The notes under the pieces are model-generated. The model worked only from the letters and a program-made list of their open reading frames with translations, had not been told where the DNA came from and ran no database searches. A program made the translations under genes and the position numbers. Below are positions 48,983 through 56,709 of a stretch of DNA of 64,000 nucleotides, piece after piece; the stretch's first letter is position 1, and every line of letters begins with the position of its first letter. The DNA is from an uncultured Acidobacteriaceae bacterium (lineage in GTDB: Bacteria > Acidobacteriota > Terriglobia > Bryobacterales > Bryobacteraceae), in assembly GCA_963771495.1 (NCBI GenBank), contig CAVYTR010000002.1:751363-815362 (forward strand), read 5' to 3'.

Positions 48983-49578
48983 GTGAAAGGATCAGCTTCG
49001 AGACGCGCGCGCGTTGGAGGTATCCACCGTGCATCTCGAGTTCTGGGAGTGCTGTTTGTGATGTTTCTCTCTGTCCACGTCGCCAGGGCCGACTACATCC
49101 TGACTGCAGACCCATTCCTGCGGATCCAAGAGGGGCAGATCGGACTGCTGTCGATTCAGGCTACTAACACCAGTAGCTTTCCAATTCAGGTGGATGAATT
49201 CGGTGTGCAAAGCTTTTTCGAACTCGGTGATACTTCAGACGGGCTTACGGTGATCTGTTGCGGCCCATCGCCTTTACCCGTAATCAATCCAAACCAGACA
49301 CTCACGTATTTCGTGAATATCGGAACAACGTTCCCCCCGCCAAACGATAATGCTGATTCCGGCTTTTGGGGATTGGAAATTCTTGGGGATGCCTACCCGG
49401 TCGGGAACCTTGTTGGCTTCGTTCCAGTACACTCCAGCGGCAGCGTGGTTGAGGTCTATGATTCTCCGGTCCCGGAGCCGTCATCGTTACTGCTGTCCTT
49501 CAGTGGGGAGTGACTGGGTTGCTGCTACTTCTCAGGCGGGTTCGATTGCCTGAGACGCCGAAAGAAAGCTGCCAATAA
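48983..49578 (+). pseudogene. PEP-CTERM protein gene with a frameshift inside the sorting signal
   Basis: GTG at 48983 gives the signal peptide VKGSASRRARVGGIHRASRVLGVLFVMFLSVHVARA. The frame ends ...SPVPEPSSLLLSFSGE* at 49513. The remainder of the signal (WGVTGLLLLLRRVRLPETPKESCQ*) is in another frame and ends at 49578. Confidence 0.7.
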
Positions 49579-49684
49579 CACTGGGGAGAAATACAACAAG
49601 GGAGATTCTGCAGCATTACGCGATCAGTAGGATTCCGGCAGCTTATTCAGTTGATGCGACACTAAAGCAGTTCAGCAAAGGGCC

Positions 49685-49939
49685 TCAGCTTGGCTGCCGT
49701 TGTCCCCAGACCATTGCGGAGAGCGTCAGAAAGGCGGGGGTCAGGCCGCTCTTTGTCGATTCGAGTTCTTGTGGGTGCGATCTGAATTGCGGGTACCAGC
49801 GGCGGAACACTTCCTCCAGTTTGTTGTTCAAGACCTTGGTCCGCGTTTGCAGCAAGAGATGCGCTTTGCGCAGCGTCCATGATCCAGCGCGTGCTTGGCG
49901 AGGTCGAATGGTTTTCTCGATCCGTTCCATAGCAACCAA
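49685..49939 (-). CDS. Small hypothetical ORF (84 aa), doubtful
   Basis: MVAMERIEKTIRPRQARAGSWTLRKAHLLLQTRTKVLNNKLEEVFRRWYPQF... No recognisable family. It lies in the degraded patch downstream of the methyltransferase fragment. Confidence 0.2.
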   Translation of the reverse strand: MVAMERIEKTIRPRQARAGSWTLRKAHLLLQTRTKVLNNKLEEVFRRWYPQFRSHPQELESTKSGLTPAFLTLSAMVWGQRQPS

Positions 49940-50083
49940 TTCTGTCTTTCATGTGAAAGAGCAGAATTGGAAACGATAGCAGAATGGTGTCTTACGAGGC
50001 GAGATCCCTCGACAAAATGAGCCCTTTGTGGAGACTATTCCTGGACCAGGCATTTTGTGAGTTTCGGACACGGCTGTTGGCGG

Positions 50084-50300
50084 CTATCCTTCGTCGAGGT
50101 ATCGCATAATACCTGGCGTTCCCGTCTTGGTTTTTGGAACAACGATGCGGCCTTCCGCATAGAGTTGATCCATCTGAGCCGCGTTGTATCGCCAACTCCG
50201 GCCTTCGGCGGGCATGAAACCACGCCATTCGAACATTGCACTCCCGCGCGAAGTTGGTGTAGTGAGGTCTTCGAGGCGATATCTGCGTCCGTCGGGGTCT
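50084..50300 (-). pseudogene. Fragment of a beta-class N4/N6 DNA methyltransferase (mid-domain only)
   Basis: ...YSHTDPDGRRYRLEDLTTPTSRGSAMFEWRGFMPAEGRSWRYNAAQMDQLYAEGRIVVPKTKTGTPGIMRYLDEG* matches the conserved segment that lies between the DPPY motif and the SAM-binding motif of such enzymes. Neither catalytic motif is present upstream or downstream. Confidence 0.55.
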
Positions 50301-50777
50301 GTGTGACTATAGAGCCGTCTTAAAGTGTCTCCACTTTTTCGACCAATCTCTTCGTAAAAGGCGCGGCCACGTTCGTGAGTCAATGATCGAAGGAGCGTTA
50401 ACATTTCTTCCAGCAAGTCGCGGTCAGTCCGCGATTTTGCATACGCTTCGGGGGGCGGCACTGCCTTCAACCGTTCTTCAAGCTTCGGCCACCAAACGTC
50501 AAAAATGTCGTCGAGCCGTCGCTCTGGTAGAGTTTGTTCGCCAAGCGTAAGGTTGATCGTTTCTAGAAGCCTTCTTGTGCCCTCCCGGTTTGTGCGGCTC
50601 GACTGAAACCTTGAGAGCGGGGGCTCTACCCCGGTCTCAGAACGGGACACTCCTGCGGGCCGGACGTTGGCGGCTGGTTGGAGTTTAGCTCGCACAAAGT
50701 GACGCCGCTGTTGCGGGGAGGAAAAGGTGGGAAAGGGGATGATAGGATGTGTATAATGTTTAGGAAGGGTACACATC

Positions 50778-50972
50778 GTGCGGACGAACGTTGTTATCGA
50801 TGACAAGCTGATGCGGGAAGTGCTCCGCGCAAGTGGCGTGAAGACTAAGCGAGAGGCGGTGGACCTTGGCTTGCGCACCTTATTGCGCCTGAGCAGGCAA
50901 TTAGAGCTCCGAGAGGTGCGTGGCAAGCTACGCTGGCAGGGCGATCTAGACGCAATGAGGAGCGATCGTTGA
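50778..50972 (+). CDS. vapB: Type II antitoxin, VapB family
   Basis: MRTNVVIDDKLMREVLRASGVKTKREAVDLGLRTLLRL. 64 aa. 4-nt overlap with the downstream PIN gene. TATAAT at 50752-50757. Confidence 0.85.
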   Translation: MRTNVVIDDKLMREVLRASGVKTKREAVDLGLRTLLRLSRQLELREVRGKLRWQGDLDAMRSDR

Positions 50973-51361
50973 TCCTGGTCGATTCGAGCGTCTGGATCGA
51001 CTATTTCAACGGAGTAATCAACGAACCGACAGACAAACTGGACGAGTTGCTTGGCCGCGAATTGTTGGCGGTGGGCGACTTGATCCTGACGGAAGTCCTG
51101 CAAGGCTTCGCCGACGAAAGGGCCTCCCATAAGGCGCGAGAGATGTTGACCTCACTAACGGTTGTACGTCTAGGCGGACAGGAGATTGCGATTCAGGCCG
51201 CTCGCAATTTCAGGGCGCTTCGCCGAGCCGGCGTTACCATCCGCAAAACCATCGACACCATTATCGCTACCTGGTGTATCGAGAGCCGGTGCGCACTGCT
51301 TCACAATGACAGGGATTTCGATGCCTTCGTAAAGCACGTTGGCCTTCGTATCGTTGTTTGA
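50969..51361 (+). CDS. vapC: Type II toxin, VapC family PIN-domain ribonuclease
   Basis: MILVDSSVWIDYFNG...LTEVLQG...IIATWCIESRCALLHNDRDF. The acidic PIN residues are in the expected positions. Confidence 0.85.
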   Translation: MILVDSSVWIDYFNGVINEPTDKLDELLGRELLAVGDLILTEVLQGFADERASHKAREMLTSLTVVRLGGQEIAIQAARNFRALRRAGVTIRKTIDTIIATWCIESRCALLHNDRDFDAFVKHVGLRIVV

Positions 51362-51802
51362 GCTAGCCGGCCCCTTGCTGCCCGCTCGGGGCTTCGGCTT
51401 GCTCTTGCCCTTGAGATTGAGCGCCACTGCAGCGCGGATGAGATCCTTTAAGGCCGCCTCATCGACCTTCTCGCCTTCGTGGATGTCGATGGCGCGCCTG
51501 ACATTTCCGTCGAGGCTGGAGTTGAAAAGACCGGAAGGGTCCTTCAACGCAGCTCCTTTGGCAAAGGTCATCTTGACGCTGTTCTTGTACGTCTCTCCCG
51601 TGCAGACGATGCCGCCGTGAGACCAGACGGGAGTCCCCGGCGATGTCGGTTTGACCCACTTCCACTCTTCGACGATCTCAGGGTCTGCCTCGTGTATGAT
51701 TTTGCGCACTTTCGCGAGCATCTTCCCGCGCCAGTCCCCAAGTTCCTTGATTCTGTGGTCAATCGATGCAGACGGAGATTCCATCGTGACGGGCCTTTTC
51801 AT
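51170..51802 (-). CDS. DUF1801 (YdhG-like) domain protein with an unusual C-terminal extension
   Basis: ...IKELGDWRGKMLAKVRKIIHEADPEIVEEWKWVKPTSPGTPVWSHGGIVCTGETYKNSVKMTFAKGA... The ORF has no stop until 51170, so it runs 192 nt antisense into vapC. Alternative starts at 51823 and 51784. Confidence 0.65.
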   Translation of the reverse strand: MKRPVTMESPSASIDHRIKELGDWRGKMLAKVRKIIHEADPEIVEEWKWVKPTSPGTPVWSHGGIVCTGETYKNSVKMTFAKGAALKDPSGLFNSSLDGNVRRAIDIHEGEKVDEAALKDLIRAAVALNLKGKSKPKPRAGSKGPASSNNDTKANVLYEGIEIPVIVKQCAPALDTPGSDNGVDGFADGNAGSAKRPEIASGLNRNLLSA

Positions 51803-51898
51803 ATTTAGCTCCAACTCTCGCATTTAATTTAGCTACGGTCAGGGTAACTTGCATGCCATCGTGTGCCGGCGGCGTTTGGTCGTGCTCCGGCCGCCGGT

Positions 51899-52111
51899 TC
51901 AGCCTGTGCATCGCGGACTGCGCCACTTGGCGGCATATGGCAGCACGAACAAGTACAGACCGGTAAACAGGAGCAAGGCGAGCGGGAGCAGCGCCAAGAG
52001 GCCCACCCAGCCGGTATACTTTTTCAGTCCTACAGCGATGCCGTTGATGATCACGGCCAGCGTAAAGGCAACAGACAGCCAGCGGTGTGTCTGCCGAACC
52101 CAGTTGTTCAT
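51899..52111 (-). CDS. Small two-TM membrane protein
   Basis: 70 aa with two hydrophobic helices. Its start overlaps the stop of the upstream SRPBCC gene by 4 nt, indicating an operon. Confidence 0.5.
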   Translation of the reverse strand: MNNWVRQTHRWLSVAFTLAVIINGIAVGLKKYTGWVGLLALLPLALLLFTGLYLFVLPYAAKWRSPRCTG

Positions 52112-52656
52112 GACTTTTGGGTCTCCTTAGGCGGCCAAGCGGGCGTTTCAACGCCGAACTGCTTGGCGTACTCGGCGTTCAGTTGCTGCCAGCCGAACTT
52201 CACGGCCTCTGGGCCGACGATACGCCCAATCGGCTCGCTCCCGAGGAGCCGATCGAGCACATCGAAGCAGATATGCCAACCCGCGGCACCCCACGAGATG
52301 AAGCGGCGATCGATCTTGTGCAACAGCGTAAGCCGCGTGCCGCTGCCGAGCGGCTCGAGCTCCCACCGGAGGTCGCCGTACTCAAGCACCTTGGGAGCGT
52401 CGGCTTGCGTCACTGTTGTTTCCAGGGGCGCGGGCGTTCCCGCCCAGGTGAGATTTACTTTTCCAACCGTACCCAGAGTGCCATCAGCATCAAAGGGAGC
52501 CCACTCGCGCAGATGCGCCGGGTCGGTAAGCGCCTGCCAGACTTTTTCCGGCGGGTGGCGCAGCTCTCTGACCAGAATGAGCGTCCAGTTCTCTCCGTCC
52601 TTTCTCACCTCCGCCCCGCCGGCGGGACCCGGTGCATACTGCTCGCGATCGGCCAT
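52108..52656 (-). CDS. SRPBCC (Aha1-like) domain protein
   Basis: ...PPEKVWQALTDPAHLREW... with an N-terminal extension. It immediately follows the arsR-like gene. Confidence 0.7.
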   Translation of the reverse strand: MADREQYAPGPAGGAEVRKDGENWTLILVRELRHPPEKVWQALTDPAHLREWAPFDADGTLGTVGKVNLTWAGTPAPLETTVTQADAPKVLEYGDLRWELEPLGSGTRLTLLHKIDRRFISWGAAGWHICFDVLDRLLGSEPIGRIVGPEAVKFGWQQLNAEYAKQFGVETPAWPPKETQKS

Positions 52657-52998
52657 CTATCTTCTCCTTCTCTTCCTTTTCTTTGGTGTTGATTGATCCA
52701 TGCGGTCCAGGTGGCGTTCGAGAGCATCCACGTGAGCAGACCAAAACCGACGGAACGGAGCCAGCCAGGCATCGATCTCCTGAAGTGGTTCAGGTTTCAG
52801 CCGGTAGAGACGGCGCTGTGCGTCCACGGTAGATTCCACGAAGCCGGCCTCGCGCAGCACACGCAGGTGCTTTGACACGGTCGGCTGCGGCATACGAAGT
52901 TGACGCTCGATCTCTCCCACCGACTGTTGTGACGAGACAAGGAGGCTCAATATCGCGCGGCGGTTCGGCTCCGCAATGATTTCGAACACAGATTCCAC
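52657..52998 (-). CDS. ArsR/SmtB family transcriptional regulator
   Basis: FEIIAEPNRRAILSLLVSSQQSVGEIERQLRMPQPTVSKHLRVLREAGFV. GTG start. Confidence 0.85.
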   Translation of the reverse strand: MESVFEIIAEPNRRAILSLLVSSQQSVGEIERQLRMPQPTVSKHLRVLREAGFVESTVDAQRRLYRLKPEPLQEIDAWLAPFRRFWSAHVDALERHLDRMDQSTPKKRKRRRR

Positions 52999-53022
52999 TC
53001 GCTTGAATATACTCCACAGTGC

Positions 53023-53042
53023 ATATGCCTGTCAAGGCATAT
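53023..53042. promoter_or_regulatory. 8-4-8 inverted repeat, candidate operator in the arsR divergent promoter region
   Basis: ATATGCCT-gtca-AGGCATAT, 25-44 nt upstream of the arsR-like start at 52998. Confidence 0.45.
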
Positions 53043-53078
53043 ATAAGGCAGGGGCCCCATGCGGCCAATTGCCTGCCG

Positions 53079-53429
53079 ATGAGAACAATCGTTCCGGCCT
53101 TTGCTGTAACGACCGCCCTGTTGCTTCTTGCCTTCGAATTTGGACGAACCAAGCGCTTACTCTCGGTTGCATTACTTTTTCTGCTTCCGCCCGCGCTTTA
53201 CGTATTGGGAGTTTTGAATGGCAACGTCGTCATTGGAATGGGAGGGTGGTGGTGCGTCATGTTTGTCATCCTCTGCGCAGGAGGCGGTCTGCTTGGAATC
53301 TGCACGCACTGCCTCTCGAGTCGCTCTGAGTGCCAGCAGAATTCAGCGTTAGCGCTTGAATGCACGGGATTCGCTCGGGTGGACCACAGTTCAAGACGTG
53401 TCCGTGGTGGAGAAGGCGATCGAGCATAG
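53079..53429 (+). CDS. Hypothetical small membrane protein; the 3' end probably reads into IS debris
   Basis: MRTIVPAFAVTTALLLLAF...LLFLLPPALYVLGVL...WWCVMFVILCAGGGLLGI gives three hydrophobic helices. The tail overlaps the istB fragment on the opposite strand. Confidence 0.35.
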   Translation: MRTIVPAFAVTTALLLLAFEFGRTKRLLSVALLFLLPPALYVLGVLNGNVVIGMGGWWCVMFVILCAGGGLLGICTHCLSSRSECQQNSALALECTGFARVDHSSRRVRGGEGDRA

Positions 53430-53499
53430 CACTGACGGCGGCCACGTCGCCGGGGAGTTTGCCCCCGTCCTCGACTGGGCGGTTCAAAGTCAACGCCGT
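53380..53499 (-). mobile_element. IS21-family istB C-terminal fragment
   Basis: The minus strand reads TLNRPVEDGGKLPGDVAAVSAMLDRLLHHGHVLNCGP, matching the IstB pattern ...TSNRp.e.W...f.D...a.AilDRLlHH.h.l... Confidence 0.65.
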
Positions 53500-53618
53500 T
53501 CGGCTTCGTCAAGAGAAACCTGTCCGGAGCGTAGCGGAGGAAGGATGCTGCGACAGGGGAAAGGGCTGGCAGCCTTTGTCCCCGCCTCAGCACACAGAAA
53601 TCTTGGAGCGCTCAGTAC

Positions 53619-54992
53619 TCAACCATTGCCTTGGGTGCCAACTCGATCCGATCCGTTGTGTGATCCCAACAGATCCGCTATCGTGTCTCGCTTGTGGTAG
53701 CGCGCCCAGCCTTCTGGCGTAGCGTCGAAGTCTGGATCGCGGATGGACGGATCTGCTCCGCGTGCGAGCAGAAACCGGACGACATGCTCCGCCGCCGCAT
53801 CCATCGTGGCGATCCGGTGAAGAACCGTCGCCTTCACGTCCAAGCCCGGAACAATCGCATTGATTTCGGCTCCTTGGGACAGGAGAAAACCGGCGACATC
53901 GAGCTTGCCGTTAATGCAGGCGAAATAGAACGCTTGGCTAAGGATGTTCGGCCGTGTCCGCTCGCAACGAAACGGCGACTGCCCCCTGATCTTACGCTCG
54001 AACCCGTACGGGTCCGCGAGCGCGCCCGCTCCCGATTTCAATGAACGATCCGGACTGAACCAATTCCTGACGACATCGAGCCGTCCCAAACCGGCTGCGA
54101 AGCGCAGGTCGAGTCGCGCGCCGCGCTCAGCCAGCAATTCGGCGACTGCACCAAATCCGAAATGGACTGCGTAAGCCATGGGCAAGCCATCGTCGTCAAC
54201 CCCGTTCACAGCGGCACCGGCGTCGAGTAGAGCCCGGAGAATGCCGATTACGTTGAAGCTGACAGCCCCTAACATCGGCAGGCCGCCCTCAATATCAGCC
54301 TCGGCGCCCGCGGCCAGGAGTTCGCGTGCGAGTTCGTAATCGTTCCCTCTCGTGTTGGTTTCGCGCCATACAGCTTCGGATATGCAGAAGAGAGGAATCG
54401 AGTCATTCGGGACCGGCCCCTTCGCGGGCGTATACCCCGGAACCCAGTGCGGATTCGCCGCCGAGGGATCGGAACGCAGGATCTCGCGCAGCTTCGCCAG
54501 ATCGCCTGTTCGAACCGCGCCAATCACTGCCTGGACGGCCGGGTCCAAATGGAGGAAGCTTTCGTACTTGCTCCAGAACGCGTACCCCTCCTCGTTGGCG
54601 ACCAGCAGCCTCGCATCTGCCTCGGAGATTTCCGCAGCGTCGGGATCGTAGTTTTCGAATCGCACCTTCGTGTGCGCCGGACTAAGCAGACGCAGCCTGC
54701 TTTCGCGGTCGCCGGCGGCAAACGCGGCCCGCAACTTCTCGACGCGGTTGTCTACATTCGTGAGAAGCTCGACGTGTCGTTTCAGCTTCGGCCAGCTCGC
54801 GAACCGGTATTCGCGTGCGACCACAAGTTGTGCATCGCTTAGAGTAATGGCATTGCGATCGGTTGAATCAGGGTGATGCTCCTGGAAGCGCAGAATCGCG
54901 GCTTGAGTGCCGGCGCGGAAGTTCTTCAGAAGATCCTTTGCCTGGTGCTTCAAGTGCGTGAGGCTCGGTCGAGCCGGTAGGTACTTATTCAT
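53619..54992 (-). CDS. Ankyrin repeat domain-containing protein
   Basis: The start at ATG 54992 (MNKYLPARPSLTHLKHQAKDLLKNFRAG) has AAGGA upstream. The C-terminal half carries ankyrin-like repeats (GLPMLGAVSFNVIGILRALLDAGAAVN, LPMAYAVHFGFGAVAELLAERGARLD, ATVLHRIATMDAAAEHVVRFLLARGADPS). Confidence 0.8.
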   Translation of the reverse strand: MNKYLPARPSLTHLKHQAKDLLKNFRAGTQAAILRFQEHHPDSTDRNAITLSDAQLVVAREYRFASWPKLKRHVELLTNVDNRVEKLRAAFAAGDRESRLRLLSPAHTKVRFENYDPDAAEISEADARLLVANEEGYAFWSKYESFLHLDPAVQAVIGAVRTGDLAKLREILRSDPSAANPHWVPGYTPAKGPVPNDSIPLFCISEAVWRETNTRGNDYELARELLAAGAEADIEGGLPMLGAVSFNVIGILRALLDAGAAVNGVDDDGLPMAYAVHFGFGAVAELLAERGARLDLRFAAGLGRLDVVRNWFSPDRSLKSGAGALADPYGFERKIRGQSPFRCERTRPNILSQAFYFACINGKLDVAGFLLSQGAEINAIVPGLDVKATVLHRIATMDAAAEHVVRFLLARGADPSIRDPDFDATPEGWARYHKRDTIADLLGSHNGSDRVGTQGNG

Positions 54993-55250
54993 TGGCGAAC
55001 ATCCTTTCGTTACGCCTGATGTCCGCTTTTGCAGGCCGAAAGAAAGTTCGTTTGTCGTTAAGCTGATGTCGAGTGGACTCGGTCCTTTCCGCGGACAGGA
55101 GGCGCCCCGGACGCCACGTCCAAACCATAGCACTGATTAATCGCTCGCGGCAACACGCTCCGGGTTATACCGAAGTGCAAACGAATCGCGAATCGACTTA
55201 CCCGCTAGGTCACCAGCGGAATCGATTAAGCGCCAAGGACATCCCGAACG

Positions 55251-55500
55251 GCCGGGGAGTTTGCCCCCGTTCCCGACTGGGCGGTTCGAAGTCAACGGCG
55301 TGCTGAACTGGGATTTATTTTCGGGTTGAAGGTGAAGCCGAAGTTATCGAGCGTCTTTTCTGGATCGCAAGTGGCCGGGGTTTGTCCGGCGTGTGAGTTC
55401 ATCCGGCACCAGACACGAAATCAAATCGATGGGCGCGATGGCCTCCCGGGTGCCCTTGGCGCAAGCGGGTTTCGAGCGACGGTAAGTTGTCCAGTAAGAG
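55251..55500 (-). mobile_element. IS21-family istB remnant: N-terminal region with a frameshift, fused to a short TSNRP-region piece
   Basis: Minus-strand frames read ...KGTREAIAPIDLISCLVPDELTRRTN..., then ...PEKTLDNFGFTFNPKINPSS (IstB ...KTL..FdF.f.P...), then LTSNRPVGNGGKLPG. The ATPase core is missing. Confidence 0.6.
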
Positions 55501-55517
55501 CTCTTCGCAAAAGCTTT

Positions 55518-56090
55518 TCACTCGGTAGGAGCGGAGTACGACAGCTCAACAAAGCCGTTCTTGTAAGCGACCACGTTCTTCAGATTCCATCGCTCCTCGG
55601 TTGGGGAACCGCCGAATAGCCGGAGTCCTTCACCCAACAGCACAGGCGCTATGGTTAACCTGATTTCGTCCACCAGGCGGAGTTCGAGAAAACGCTGGCA
55701 CAACATCGCCCCGCCCACGAGCCAGATGTTTCGATACCGGGTCGCGAGTTTCCCGTCAACTAATGTCTTGAGATCACCCGAATAGAACTCGACGCTCTTC
55801 CGCGCAGTCGGCCATTCTCTCGAAGTCACCACTACGGTCGGAGTATCGCCATATGGCCAGCCCAGTTCCAGCGCGTGTTCATACGTGCGGGAGCCAAGCA
55901 CATAACAGTCGATCGCTTTGACGAAGCTCGCAGCTTCTTCCTCGGAAATGGAAATCCCGGCTTCGTAGACGCTTCCAGTGCCATCTAGCCAGGAGAGACT
56001 GTTGTCCTTCTTCGCGATGAAACCATCCAGACTGGAAACCACGTGTAAGGTTACAGTTCGTCCGCTTGCATTTCCTACGCTGCGTAACAT
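55518..56090 (-). CDS. Dihydrofolate reductase family protein (RibD C-terminal domain type)
   Basis: VTLHVVSSLDGFIAKKDNSLSWL...YVLGSRTYE...WLVGGAMLCQRFLELRLVDEIRLTIAPVLLGEGLRLF. Confidence 0.8.
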   Translation of the reverse strand: MLRSVGNASGRTVTLHVVSSLDGFIAKKDNSLSWLDGTGSVYEAGISISEEEAASFVKAIDCYVLGSRTYEHALELGWPYGDTPTVVVTSREWPTARKSVEFYSGDLKTLVDGKLATRYRNIWLVGGAMLCQRFLELRLVDEIRLTIAPVLLGEGLRLFGGSPTEERWNLKNVVAYKNGFVELSYSAPTE

Positions 56091-56350
56091 AGTTCCTCCT
56101 CGCTTTGGCCGACATCGTTATGCGTTACGGCATACTGGAACGGCGTTTTTGCACCAGAAGAAGAATCGTACAAGAAATCTGATGTGGTCTGCTTGATCTT
56201 GCTCGAAATTTTTGAGGAATGCGGCTCCGGCCGCCGTTCGTGCTCCGGTATTGAAGTTATAGATCGAGGCGGAAGTTCAAATGATAGAGCGCAGGCGCGT
56301 CTAAGGCGAACTGGTTCCCAGTAATCGAGAATGCTCGTGCCATTAAGCAC
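56075..56350 (-). pseudogene. Possible decayed AraC/XylS-type HTH fragment
   Basis: LDYWEPVRLRRACALSFELPPRSITSIPEHERRPEPHSSKISSKIKQTTSDFL loosely follows the AraC second-HTH pattern (P..Y....RL..A..LL.....sI..IA...GF...S.Fsr.FK...G.tPs.f). Weak. Confidence 0.3.
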
Positions 56351-56709
56351 TCTCGAACTCCTGACCTAGTTTCGATTGCTTGAGTTGTAGCTCGGAGCAG
56401 ACTCGCTTCATGATAAACGTGACACTTCCATTGCAACGATCGATCACTTCCCGAATAGCCAACGCCATTCAGCCGCCGCGCTGAAAGCGGCATCTCCGTG
56501 ACGATGGCGATTAGCGGACCGCCATCTGCCATCGAGGCGGAAATCGATTTCACGAACCGGAACCGAGAAGCCCGTTGCTCGCTCTTCCCAGACTTGCCGA
56601 TATTGCTGCACCGTGGTTATCCCACGCGGTTGATCAACTTGGTGTTACACAATTGCATTTCAAGAAGTCAATTGCAGCAGGTGAGAATGTTCTTGTGAGG
56701 ACAACTCAG

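Noticed and set aside
49538-49552. A GGGTTCGATTGCC sequence resembling a tRNA T-arm/T-loop. Similar GGTTCGAAG and GGTTCAAAG strings occur at 55282 and 53481.
   Set aside because: No complementary 5-bp T-stem, acceptor stem or anticodon arm can be drawn. The first lies within the PEP-CTERM signal coding sequence and the others within the istB-derived repeats.
50301-51130. The upstream two-thirds of the 348-aa minus-strand ORF 50084..51130.
   Set aside because: From about 50760 upward it is antisense to vapB and vapC and is not protein-like. The 50300-50640 segment is helical but unassignable. Only the methyltransferase-like tail is called, as a fragment.
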